Assembly (NCBI GenBank): GCA_964543655.1
Contig: CAZIZE010000015.1
Location: forward strand, 1-41,998
Direction: 5' to 3'
Origin: an uncultured bacterium
GTDB taxonomy: Bacteria > DYJV01
Length of the DNA: 41,998 nt
The position numbers and the translations under genes are program-made. This document shows positions 29,658 through 38,246 of the stretch, piece after piece. Position 1 is the stretch's first letter. Every line of letters starts with the position of its first letter. The notes beneath the pieces are model-generated. The model made no database searches, was not told where the DNA came from, and saw nothing but the letters and a program-made list of their open reading frames with translations.

Positions 29658-31391
29658 TTAGCCAACAATTGTTCTTGGTGTAAGCATCTGATGATGAGGG
29701 CAAACAGATGCTGGGTTTTGATAAGCGCATTCAGCAAAAGCAACCATATATTTTCTAATATTATCAAATGGAACAATTTCATCAACAAAACCTTTTTGAG
29801 CACAATAAATTGGCCTTGATTTATCATGGTACTCTTTTGCAAGAGCATTCATTTTCTCTATAACAGGTTGTATAGAATTACCTGCATCTCGCTCTTTTAC
29901 CAATCTCCTTGCAAAAGCAGCAGCAGCAGCTGTTTCTCCGTGCATTACGTATATTTCAGTGGTTGGTGTCCCAAGGGTAAAAGCATTGTTTCTGTTGCCC
30001 TGTGGACCTCCCATAATATAGTGTGCAGCAGCGGTCCCTTTTCTAACAACAACACACATCATAGGAACTTCAGAAGATTCTATAGAGTAAATTAGAGATT
30101 GTCCCAGACCAAGTAATTCTGCTTTTTCTGCAATATCACCAACATCAATGCCTGTAGTATCCTGAAACCAGATTATAGGAACTCTATCTCTACCACAAAG
30201 TGTAACAAATTCATTCATTTTTATTAAACCTTGTCTATACAACTTACCGCCAATTCCCATATATTCACCATTGGCATACTCAGGATAGTTGGCACCTAAG
30301 AAACCTTGTCTGTTTGAAATAACACCAACAAGAAGTCCATTCATTTTAGCAAGTCCACAGTAAACTTCTGGTCCATAACCTGGCTTATACTCAAGGTGTT
30401 CGCTACCATCAAACAGCCTTGCAAGAACTTCATCCATATTGTAAACAAGTTTCTGATTAAAAGGAACAAGGTAGTTAATATCATCTTGTGGAAATTCTGG
30501 CTCTTTAGGGTCATCAACTGCAAAAATTTCTTTGTCATAAGCAGGATATTTTGCAACATAATCTCTAATTGCATCAAGAACACCTTCCTCAGTATCAAAA
30601 ACTTTTTTGAAAAAACCAGTTTCATCATGATGAATTTTTACACTTCCAGGAGGAACAGCTTTAAACTTTCTTGTTGCTTCAATTAAAGCTTCAGCATTTT
30701 CTTCGTCAAAATAACCTTTTGGACTCATTCCACTAACAATACCGCCTCCTCCTACAGCCATATTACCATTTTTATGTGCAAAAATAATTGCTGGAGAAAT
30801 TGCATGATAACCACCACCTGCTGGATTGGTTCCGTAAACGCCCACTATAACAGGAATACCTTTCTGAATTAATTCTGCGTGTCTGAAAAATGTCCTACCA
30901 CCTGATCTTCTGCCAGCATAAACTTCGTCCTGCTCAATTAAGCTAACTCCGGAGCAGTTTAATATCCATACAAGAGGAATTCTCAAAGTTTCAGCAATAT
31001 CTTGAGCCCTAAACACATTTTCCATTTGCCCGGGTATCCAAGCACCTGCGAGCACTTTATTGTCTGATGCAATTAATGAAACCCATTTACCTGCTATTTT
31101 TGCAAGACCATTAATTACACCAGTGGTGCCATATTTATTAAAAACAGGGTTGTATAATGTGTTTAATGGTAAGAATTCATCACACAGATAATCTATTCTT
31201 TCCCATGCTGTTTTTTCACCTCTTTTGTGTAATCTTTCTGCTGCAATACCTGCATTTTTAACTTTTTCTATTGCTTCTTCAACTTCTTTTTCTACTTTCT
31301 TAATGTTGTTATAGCTTTCTTGCATCTTTTCCTTTTGCTTTTCTTTTAAAGGTTTACCAAACTTTTTCATTTGCTTAAAATATTTCCACAT
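29658..31391 (-). CDS. gcdA: glutaconyl-CoA decarboxylase alpha (carboxyltransferase) subunit
   Basis: ASDNKVLAGAWIPGQ, GTNPAGGGYH, GGKLYRQGLIKMNEFVTLC, QDTTGIDVG, RKGTAAAHY, YQNP..CPHHQM; these match Acidaminococcus GcdA as recalled. Confidence 0.88.
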   Translation of the reverse strand: MWKYFKQMKKFGKPLKEKQKEKMQESYNNIKKVEKEVEEAIEKVKNAGIAAERLHKRGEKTAWERIDYLCDEFLPLNTLYNPVFNKYGTTGVINGLAKIAGKWVSLIASDNKVLAGAWIPGQMENVFRAQDIAETLRIPLVWILNCSGVSLIEQDEVYAGRRSGGRTFFRHAELIQKGIPVIVGVYGTNPAGGGYHAISPAIIFAHKNGNMAVGGGGIVSGMSPKGYFDEENAEALIEATRKFKAVPPGSVKIHHDETGFFKKVFDTEEGVLDAIRDYVAKYPAYDKEIFAVDDPKEPEFPQDDINYLVPFNQKLVYNMDEVLARLFDGSEHLEYKPGYGPEVYCGLAKMNGLLVGVISNRQGFLGANYPEYANGEYMGIGGKLYRQGLIKMNEFVTLCGRDRVPIIWFQDTTGIDVGDIAEKAELLGLGQSLIYSIESSEVPMMCVVVRKGTAAAHYIMGGPQGNRNNAFTLGTPTTEIYVMHGETAAAAAFARRLVKERDAGNSIQPVIEKMNALAKEYHDKSRPIYCAQKGFVDEIVPFDNIRKYMVAFAECAYQNPASVCPHHQMLTPRTIVG

Positions 31392-31406
31392 TTTCTCCTC
31401 CTTGTT

Positions 31407-31464
31407 TGTATCATTTCTTATACAAATTTTCTTTTTTTTTATATTGTGTAGCGATATTTATACT
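31407..31464. promoter_or_regulatory. two TGT-N12-ACA-like sites in the gcdA leader
   Basis: TGTATCATTTCTTATACA (31407-31424) and TGTAGCGATATTTATACT (31447-31464). Confidence 0.55.
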
Positions 31465-31520
31465 TTAAAATTATAAAAATATTGCTATATTAAAAGATAA
31501 TTATAGCTTCGAAATTAAAT

Positions 31521-31536
31521 AGCAAGACGTTTGCCA
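31521..31536 (-). promoter_or_regulatory. sigma54 promoter of gcdA
   Basis: Minus strand reads TGGCAAACGTCTTGCT, GG-N10-GC. Confidence 0.8.
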
Positions 31537-31565
31537 GAATATTCTACTTTCCGTAAACTGGCAAA

Positions 31566-32348
31566 TTATTCACCTTTATATTGAGGTTTTCTTTTCTCCT
31601 TAAAAGCCTGTAATCCTTCTATTCTATCTTTAGTTGGAATAAGATTGTTGTAACATTGAGTTTCAAAAGCAAGACCTGTGTAAATATCTGTTTCACTACC
31701 ATAATTTATAGCCATTTTAGCTTGCTCAATTGCAAGAGGACCATTTTCACAGATTTTTTGTGCCATTGCCATTGCTTCATTAATTAATTCAGATGGCTCC
31801 ACTACTTTATTTACCATTCCTATTTCGTATGCTTCCTGTGCAGATATTCTTTTTGCAAGAAAGATTAACTCTTTTGCTTTCCCTTTTCCAACAGCCCTAA
31901 CAAGTCTCTGGGTTCCACCAGCACCAGGAATAATTGCTAAAGAGGTTTCTGTTAGACCCATTGTAGCTGTTGATGAAGCAATTCTAATATCTGATGCAAG
32001 TGCAAGTTCAGTACCACCACCAAGAGCAATTCCATTAACTGCTGCAATAACAGGTTTAGGTAAGTATTCAACAGCAGTAAATGTTGTCCTGATTGTAAAA
32101 ATATATCTTTTTACTTCATCAGGGGAAAGGGTTCTTCTCTCTTTTAAATCAGCGCCAGCACAAAAAGCTTTTTCACCAGCTCCAGTAATTATTATAACTC
32201 TAATTGATTTTTCAAAATTTGCTTCAGTAATAAAATGGTTAAGCTCTTTAAGTAATCCGAAATTTAGAGAATTCATAACTTCTGGCCTGTTTAAGGTGAG
32301 AAGAGCCACCGCATCTTTTAATTCAACTTTTAAAAATTCATAGTTCAT
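31566..32348 (-). CDS. enoyl-CoA hydratase (methylglutaconyl-CoA hydratase-like)
   Basis: FCAGADLKER, ALGGGTE, GLTETSLAIIPGAGGTQRL. Confidence 0.88.
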   Translation of the reverse strand: MNYEFLKVELKDAVALLTLNRPEVMNSLNFGLLKELNHFITEANFEKSIRVIIITGAGEKAFCAGADLKERRTLSPDEVKRYIFTIRTTFTAVEYLPKPVIAAVNGIALGGGTELALASDIRIASSTATMGLTETSLAIIPGAGGTQRLVRAVGKGKAKELIFLAKRISAQEAYEIGMVNKVVEPSELINEAMAMAQKICENGPLAIEQAKMAINYGSETDIYTGLAFETQCYNNLIPTKDRIEGLQAFKEKRKPQYKGE

Positions 32349-32707
32349 TATCTCCCTCCTTTGAAATTTATTTTATGATATTTTATATTGCCATAAATGT
32401 TATTATTTAAAAGGTATTTAAAATGAAAAATTTTTTGATTCAAGATATTTTTGCATAAGAATCAAAGAGCCTTCCATTGTAAAAATAGTTACAATGAACT
32501 CTTCACCTTTGCCTTACTCATTAATATAAAATCTCAAAAATTGCTACAAAAAAAGTTTAAAAATAAGGAAATTTGGTGAATGGTGAATATAGTGGGTTTT
32601 ATACCAATTTACAGTTCATAGTTCAACGTTAAATTAGGATCTGGGATTTAGGGATTAGGATTTAGTAATTCGTTGTTATTAATACAACTTTCTACTTAAA
32701 ATAAATT

Positions 32708-32733
32708 GTAGGCAATTCATGAATTGCCCCTAC
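32708..32733. repeat. GTAG-type REP-like palindrome
   Basis: GTAGGCAATTCATGAATTGCCCCTAC: GTAG...CTAC ends around a perfect GGCAATTCATGAATTGCC core. Confidence 0.65.
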
Positions 32734-32772
32734 TATAACTATATGAGCGTTGAGCTGTGAATTTATATAATG

Positions 32773-32811
32773 GGGTGAATTCAGAATTAATGTACAGTGT
32801 TGAATTCACCC
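32773..32811 (-). terminator. hairpin downstream of the reductase operon (possible terminator)
   Basis: GGGTGAATTCA-N17-TGAATTCACCC just after the stop at 32823; the U tract is weak. Confidence 0.55.
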
Positions 32812-32822
32812 TTTATCTATGA

Positions 32823-33404
32823 TTATTTTTTTCTAATGTAATATACTCTTGGCTTTGTACCTTGATCCTCTTTGAGTACGTAATAATCATTGGAATTTAA
32901 TTTTTTAAAGACTTCGCTATTTCTATCATTGATATTTCCAAAAGTTCTTGTACCAGCAAGGCATGTTTCAACACAAGCTGGTAAGAATTTTTCAAGCTCA
33001 TTATGTTTAATACCATAATCAAGTCTCTGTACACAAAATGTGCATTTATTTACAACTCCATATTCTTCATTTAAATACCTTGCATCATATGGACAAGCTG
33101 CTATGCATAATTTACAGCCAATGCATCGACGCTCATCTATTCTAACAATTCCATCTTCTCTCTTAAATGAAGCTCCTGTTGGGCAAGCTCTTATACATGG
33201 TGCATTGTCACAATGATTGCATTGTTGAGGTTGAAATTTTACAAAAAGATTAGGAAATTTTCCTTTTGAGAACTCAACAACCCAGTTTCTAAAAACTCCA
33301 TCTGGTACCTCATTTTCAGCTTTGCATGCAACCATACAAGCAAAGCAACCAACACATCTATCTTCTTCTATGAGCATTACCCAGCTATATTTACTTTTTT
33401 TCAT
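32823..33404 (-). CDS. four-cluster 4Fe-4S subunit (PsrB/NrfC/DmsB-like)
   Basis: CVGCFACMVAC, CNHCDNAPCIRACP, CIGCKLCIAACPY, KCTFC...PACVETC. Confidence 0.93.
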   Translation of the reverse strand: MKKSKYSWVMLIEEDRCVGCFACMVACKAENEVPDGVFRNWVVEFSKGKFPNLFVKFQPQQCNHCDNAPCIRACPTGASFKREDGIVRIDERRCIGCKLCIAACPYDARYLNEEYGVVNKCTFCVQRLDYGIKHNELEKFLPACVETCLAGTRTFGNINDRNSEVFKKLNSNDYYVLKEDQGTKPRVYYIRKK

Positions 33405-33438
33405 TTTATCCCCCTAAAAAATTTTGCCACAATTCTCA

Positions 33439-34629
33439 TTAATGTTTTAATTTAAAATTTAAAATATAATCTGCAATAGTATATAGGAGTACAGATAGTG
33501 CAACAACTCCAATTACTATTAAAACTTCATAAATTGATGGAGTGTATTGATTAAATTTGTGCATTTCTGCAAATCTGTAAATAGTAACTGGAATCTCTTT
33601 TAATCTGAGTGGAACAATTTCTCCTCCAATTACAAGGTCATATCTTATGATGAATATTCCAATTAAATTCAAAATTGCAGCTGAAAGATAACCATTGACT
33701 GTTCGCAGTTTTGGAGTAAGCAAAATAATGGTAGGAATTATTATTCCAATAAATACTTCAAAAATCCAAAAGTTTGCTGAGTAAGGTCCTTTGATAAACG
33801 CCATAATTGCCTCATATTCGTGAGGTGGCTTCCCATATATTCCAACTAATATTTTCCATGCTTCAAAAAATATATAAATAAAGAGAAGTAGTAGAAATAT
33901 CTTGGATAAAATTTCTAAACCTTCAATTTCTTCCTTGGTAAAAGGCTCTTTTTTTAGGACTTTTGGAAGGATATATATAATCATTATTAGTCCAGCACCA
34001 GAGAGCATAGCAGACATAATAAAATATACGGGCATTAATGGGCCATGCCAGAATGGCCTTGCAAGCTGGTAACCAAAAACAGCTCCAAGGTTTGAGTGAG
34101 CTGCAACAGCTGAAATTACTCCAAGAAGTCCAAATATATGGGCTTTTTTATGATCATTTACAGTGAGAAAAATAAATTCAAGAATCATAAACACAAGGTA
34201 AAATGAATACAAAATTCCCATCCAGAGAATAGGTGAGTCAAGATTAGGAGATATAATCCCCCAAGTAAAAAGTCTAAAAGGATGTTCAAGCTCTATAGCA
34301 ATTGTTGCAAAGCCCATTAATAAACAAACTATTGCCATAAAAATTGACCGTTTGGCAAAAATCATCATTTTTTTAACACCAAAAACGTGACCAATTGAGG
34401 AGACAAGACATAATCCTGTTGATGTAACAACAAAAAACACATATGTTGATAAAAGCAAACCAAGAGGAACTTTATCTGTGATGTTATATGCAGCTGAATG
34501 TCCTTTTATTATTGAATAAAGAGCTCCATAACAACCAATTAGCACCATTAAGAACCAGAAACCAGCCCATGGTTTGTTAATCTTTTTTAAATTTTCAAAA
34601 TTTATAAAATCAGAGATTTTTATTTGCAT
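33439..34629 (-). CDS. NrfD/PsrC-family integral membrane anchor
   Basis: About 10 hydrophobic segments; PLGLLLSTY, ELEHPFR, SPILWMG, RPFW, RYDLVIGG. Confidence 0.9.
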   Translation of the reverse strand: MQIKISDFINFENLKKINKPWAGFWFLMVLIGCYGALYSIIKGHSAAYNITDKVPLGLLLSTYVFFVVTSTGLCLVSSIGHVFGVKKMMIFAKRSIFMAIVCLLMGFATIAIELEHPFRLFTWGIISPNLDSPILWMGILYSFYLVFMILEFIFLTVNDHKKAHIFGLLGVISAVAAHSNLGAVFGYQLARPFWHGPLMPVYFIMSAMLSGAGLIMIIYILPKVLKKEPFTKEEIEGLEILSKIFLLLLFIYIFFEAWKILVGIYGKPPHEYEAIMAFIKGPYSANFWIFEVFIGIIIPTIILLTPKLRTVNGYLSAAILNLIGIFIIRYDLVIGGEIVPLRLKEIPVTIYRFAEMHKFNQYTPSIYEVLIVIGVVALSVLLYTIADYILNFKLKH

Positions 34630-34644
34630 ATTTCCCTCCTCTGT

Positions 34645-36840
34645 TTAAACTTTTTCAATGGTTACAAAAGTATTTTCATAACCATGAGCATGTGATATTG
34701 GATCAAAAGCAGGTTTGGTTATCAGTAGATTGTCATAAATTCCTTTTCTATAAGTTCTGATAAATCCCTTTGATAATCTTCCAAATGCATGTGCTGCAAA
34801 TACCAGTCCCTGCTTAATCCTTTCAGTAACATAGGCTTGTGCTTTATCTGTTTTTACCTTTCCAGAGACAAGCCTAATATAGTCTCCATTTTTAATGTTG
34901 AATTTTTTAGCATCTTCTGGATTTATCCATACCATATTTACAGGATAAAGTTGTAGTAGCCATTTGTTGTTTTGCGTTCTTGCATGGGTATGCATGGAGA
35001 CTTTTCCAACAGTGAGACGCAATGTCCCTTCTGGTGGTTGGGGAGCTCTATTATATTCTGGAAGAGGTGGAAAACCATTTTCTTCAAACTCTTTTGAAAA
35101 GAGTTCTATTTTTCCAGATGGAGTTTTAAAGTAAAGCATTTCTAAATCATATTCATAAAGTGGATAGTTTTTAAATTCTATAAAACCTTTCTTTTTTAAT
35201 TTTTTATAGCTCAGTTTTGATCTTTTTAATCTTATTTTGTTTACTTCAATTATATCTTTGAAATCAAAATAATCATCAAGACCAAGTTTTAACCCAAGAT
35301 TTTTAGCTATCCACCATCCAGGTTTTGTGTCGTATAATGGATCTATTGCTTTTTCACAAAGTGAAACAAAAGGATATGGCCATCTACCTATTCTAAGATT
35401 ATCATCTCTTTCAAGGTATGTTGCCTCTGGTAAAATTACATCAGAGTAAAGAGCTGTTTCTGTGAGCATTGTCTCTATGGTTACAACAAGAGGAATTTTT
35501 TTGAGCATATTTATTATCTTAGGAGTTTGCGGCATGTTGGTAAGTAGATTTGTACCGTAAACAAATAGAGCCTTTACTTTACCATTTTCAGTTAATTCTG
35601 GTAGAGAGTTTAAGAAGCCTTCAAATTTATCTCCTAATGGATAAGCTGATTTAACTCCAGCACCATCAACTCTCCTGGCTTTAGGATATCTTGGATGAGG
35701 ATAACCTTTTATCCTTTTCTTTAATGGAAGAAAAAAACCACCTTTCTTTCCATAATTGCCCATTAAGGCATTTAAAATTGCTATTGCTCGTGTTGCCTGA
35801 GTTTCAAGACCATATCTTGCGTTTCTTCTTGGTGGCATTACAAAGCATGAAGGTTTGTTAGCAGCTAACTCTCGTGCTACCTGAACAATATCAGACTCTG
35901 GAATTTCAGTTTCTTTAGAAGCCCATGATACAGAGTATTTTTTTATGAATTCTTTTACCTGCTCAAAACCTTCACAAACTTTTTCCACAAAATTTTTATC
36001 GTAAAGTTCTTCATCTATAATAACTCTTATAAGTCCAAGAGCTAAAGCAAGGTCAGTACCTGGTTTTACTGGTAACCATTTATGAGCTTTTGCTGCTGTA
36101 GTGTTAAATCTTGGATCTACAACAACATATTTCCCACCTTTTTGAAGAAATTTTACAAATTTTCTTGTTTCTCCAACCTGAAGGGCTTCAAGATTGTTCC
36201 TCCCAAAATTTATAATATATTTTGCGTTCTCAATGTCATATAGAGGAAAACTACTTAAATGATGTCCAAAAGTGACATGCCATGCCACTTCTCGTGAACC
36301 CTTTCATTGAGTCCAGGAGGCAGCGTAAATATTTCTGCTACCTAAAGCTTTGATTAAATATTTAAAATGAGCACCTCCATATCCATGTGATGCAAGGTGT
36401 ATTTTTTCTGGTTCATTTTCCATTACTGGTTTTAGCTTTTTCGCTATATATTCAAAAGCTTCAGACCAGGAAACTTTTTTCCACTTATTTGAGCCTTTTT
36501 CACCTGCTCTAATTAATGGATATTTAACTCTATTTTCATCATAAAGGGCTGCTATTCCAGAATTGCCTTTTGCACAAATTTTCCCATCATTTAATGGATG
36601 GTTAGGAATGCCTTCGATTTTCTTTACAACACCATTAACATTTTTAACTTTAACTCCACATGTCCAGAAACACATATTGCATGAGGTAAAAGTCCATTTA
36701 CCTTCTTCATAAGGTTTGTAAAAATCTTGCTCAACACTTCTAATAGGTGTTGCTTCTAACTCTTTTAACAGTGCTGGAGATATGGATAAAGCAGCAGTTG
36801 ATAAAGCTGTGGCTTTTAAAAAAGACCGCCTTGTTAACAT
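34645..36840 (-). CDS. Tat-exported Mo/W-bisPGD polysulfide/thiosulfate-reductase-like catalytic subunit, selenocysteine at codon 179 (731 aa)
   Basis: TRRSFLK Tat motif and CNMCFWTC...CAKG FS0 cluster. ORFs 36304..36840 and 34645..36288 are one frame: ASWTQ-TGA(36304-36306)-KGSREVAW, at the metal-ligating Cys position of PsrA-type enzymes. Also LPEATYLE, KTPSGKIEL, HTHART. Confidence 0.9.
36268..36292 (-). promoter_or_regulatory. SECIS-like hairpin of the reductase catalytic subunit
   Basis: AGAAGUGGCAU-GGC-AUGUCACUUUU, an 11-bp stem with the loop at +23..+25 after the UGA. Confidence 0.8.
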
Positions 36841-37093
36841 ACTATTCTCCTTTTGTTAGATTTTAAAATTTTTTAGCTTTCTTAATTTTAATGATAATTT
36901 GAATTAGGGTAGCTTATTACTAAAAAGTGTTTTTTGATGTTTGGTGGTGGCGGGGCATAATACAAGTTAATTTTTTAATTTTAAATATTAATAATAGATG
37001 GTGTAAATACTACAAATGTTATTTTTTTATAAAAAATTGTAAAATGCCCCTTCTTAAATAAATTAAAAAATAATTTCAGATGAAAATTAATTT

Positions 37094-37339
37094 TTAACAC
37101 CCACCACCTTCTTCATCTCCTCCACCATATAACATTTTTAAAGCTTTGTCATATTTTTTCCACAATTTTTCATTTTTTGGGTCCTGCTGTAATGCTTGCT
37201 TGTAAAACTTTTTAGCAGCCATAAAGTTCCCTATTTTACAGGCTTTATCACCTTTTGAAATAAGCTCTCCAATACTTGCTGCAAAAACAGTAGTCGCCAT
37301 AAACAGAGTAATAATAACAACTGAAATAGCCTTCTTCAT
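37094..37339 (-). CDS. small secreted single-TPR protein ending in ...GGGDEEGGGC
   Basis: Signal peptide (VFA|AS), TPR-like AKKFYKQALQQDPKN, SD AGGAGG. Confidence 0.8.
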   Translation of the reverse strand: MKKAISVVIITLFMATTVFAASIGELISKGDKACKIGNFMAAKKFYKQALQQDPKNEKLWKKYDKALKMLYGGGDEEGGGC

Positions 37340-37435
37340 CTTTTGCCTCCTAATTAGTTTTAAATTAATTCCTTACTATACTCAATATATTTTGAACTTG
37401 CTAAAAGTCAAGTTAAAAATTCTTTAATTAATTGA

Positions 37436-37463
37436 AACAAAGAGCACATTTGTGCTCTTTGTT
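37436..37463 (-). terminator. terminator-like hairpin after the rhodanese gene
   Basis: Perfect 13-bp inverted repeat AACAAAGAGCACA-TT-TGTGCTCTTTGTT. Confidence 0.75.
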
Positions 37464-37470
37464 AGTTTTA

Positions 37471-38106
37471 TTATTGGAAATCAGGTGGATACATATATTC
37501 TGGATCCATTTTATATGTTTGGCATAAGCCGTAGGATCTCCAACCATTAAGTCTGCCTTTAAAATTGTAGTAAAGAGAGTATTTTTTCATCAATTTTTTC
37601 TCAAGTTTGCTTCTACCATAACTGAGAGGCTTCCCTTCAAAGCCATAAATAACATTGTAAACATTTTTAAAACCAGCATCTGTTAAAATATCAGAAGCTA
37701 TTACAGAACGATCACCACTTCTACACATGATTATTAAGTTATCTGTTTTTTTAAATTTTTGCTCCATAACTTTTAAAAAGTTTTTGTTAAGAGCTTTGGA
37801 ATATTTGTTCTTCTTACCTACTTTACCTGTCCAGAATTTAATAGGAATGTTGTAAGCCATTTCCATCATACCATTTTTTTTGTAACATGCATGACCAATT
37901 AACTGATACTCTGCTCGAGTTCTTACATCTATAAGGTAGGTGTTTGGCTGAGTAACAAGCATATGATAAGCCTCAATAGATGTAATGGTTTTTGCTACTT
38001 TAGGCATTGGATGATTAGCTGAGTAGCATGTGGTAACTTTTTTTGCATTGAGCATTGTTGCAGTGAAAAAAATTAAAGCTAAAACTAAAAATAATTTCTT
38101 TTTCAT
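37471..38106 (-). CDS. secreted single-domain rhodanese (sulfurtransferase)
   Basis: Signal peptide, LIDVRT.AEY...GH, active loop CRSGDRS, GFEG...GW. Confidence 0.9.
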   Translation of the reverse strand: MKKKLFLVLALIFFTATMLNAKKVTTCYSANHPMPKVAKTITSIEAYHMLVTQPNTYLIDVRTRAEYQLIGHACYKKNGMMEMAYNIPIKFWTGKVGKKNKYSKALNKNFLKVMEQKFKKTDNLIIMCRSGDRSVIASDILTDAGFKNVYNVIYGFEGKPLSYGRSKLEKKLMKKYSLYYNFKGRLNGWRSYGLCQTYKMDPEYMYPPDFQ

Positions 38107-38197
38107 TTTTCCCCTCCTCCTTTGGTATTAAAACAATGTTATAATAGTTAATAGGGTATTTTTCACAAAAAATCAATTAAAAAATTTTGAAAAAGTA

Positions 38198-38214
38198 TTT
38201 CAATTTTATTGAAA
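38198..38214. promoter_or_regulatory. palindromic LysR-type (T-N11-A) site between divergent genes
   Basis: TTTCAAT-TTT-ATTGAAA, overlapping a candidate -35 (TTGAAA 38209-38214; -10 TATTAT 38232-38237). Confidence 0.55.
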
Positions 38215-38246
38215 TATTAATATGTTTGTTGTATTATAAAACTATA

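Noticed and set aside
32376-32393. sigma54 promoter before the enoyl-CoA hydratase (TGGCAATATAAAATATCA on the minus strand)
   Set aside because: It has the -24 TGGCA but no GC at the -12 position.
32349-32822. CRISPR array in the long intergenic region
   Set aside because: No regularly spaced 25-40 bp repeats and no cas genes.
9953-36840. Pseudogene or genetic-code-reassignment reading of the four TGA-split genes
   Set aside because: Each has one in-frame TGA, no frameshift and a downstream hairpin, and three sit at conserved Cys positions. Trp is encoded by TGG, and TGA acts as a normal stop for bamB, bamC and the exonuclease.
36948-37050. tRNA gene (including tRNA-Sec)
   Set aside because: Only an acceptor-like stem and CCA are present; there is no TTC T-loop, D-loop GG or anticodon arm. 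Kept only as an unexplained structure.
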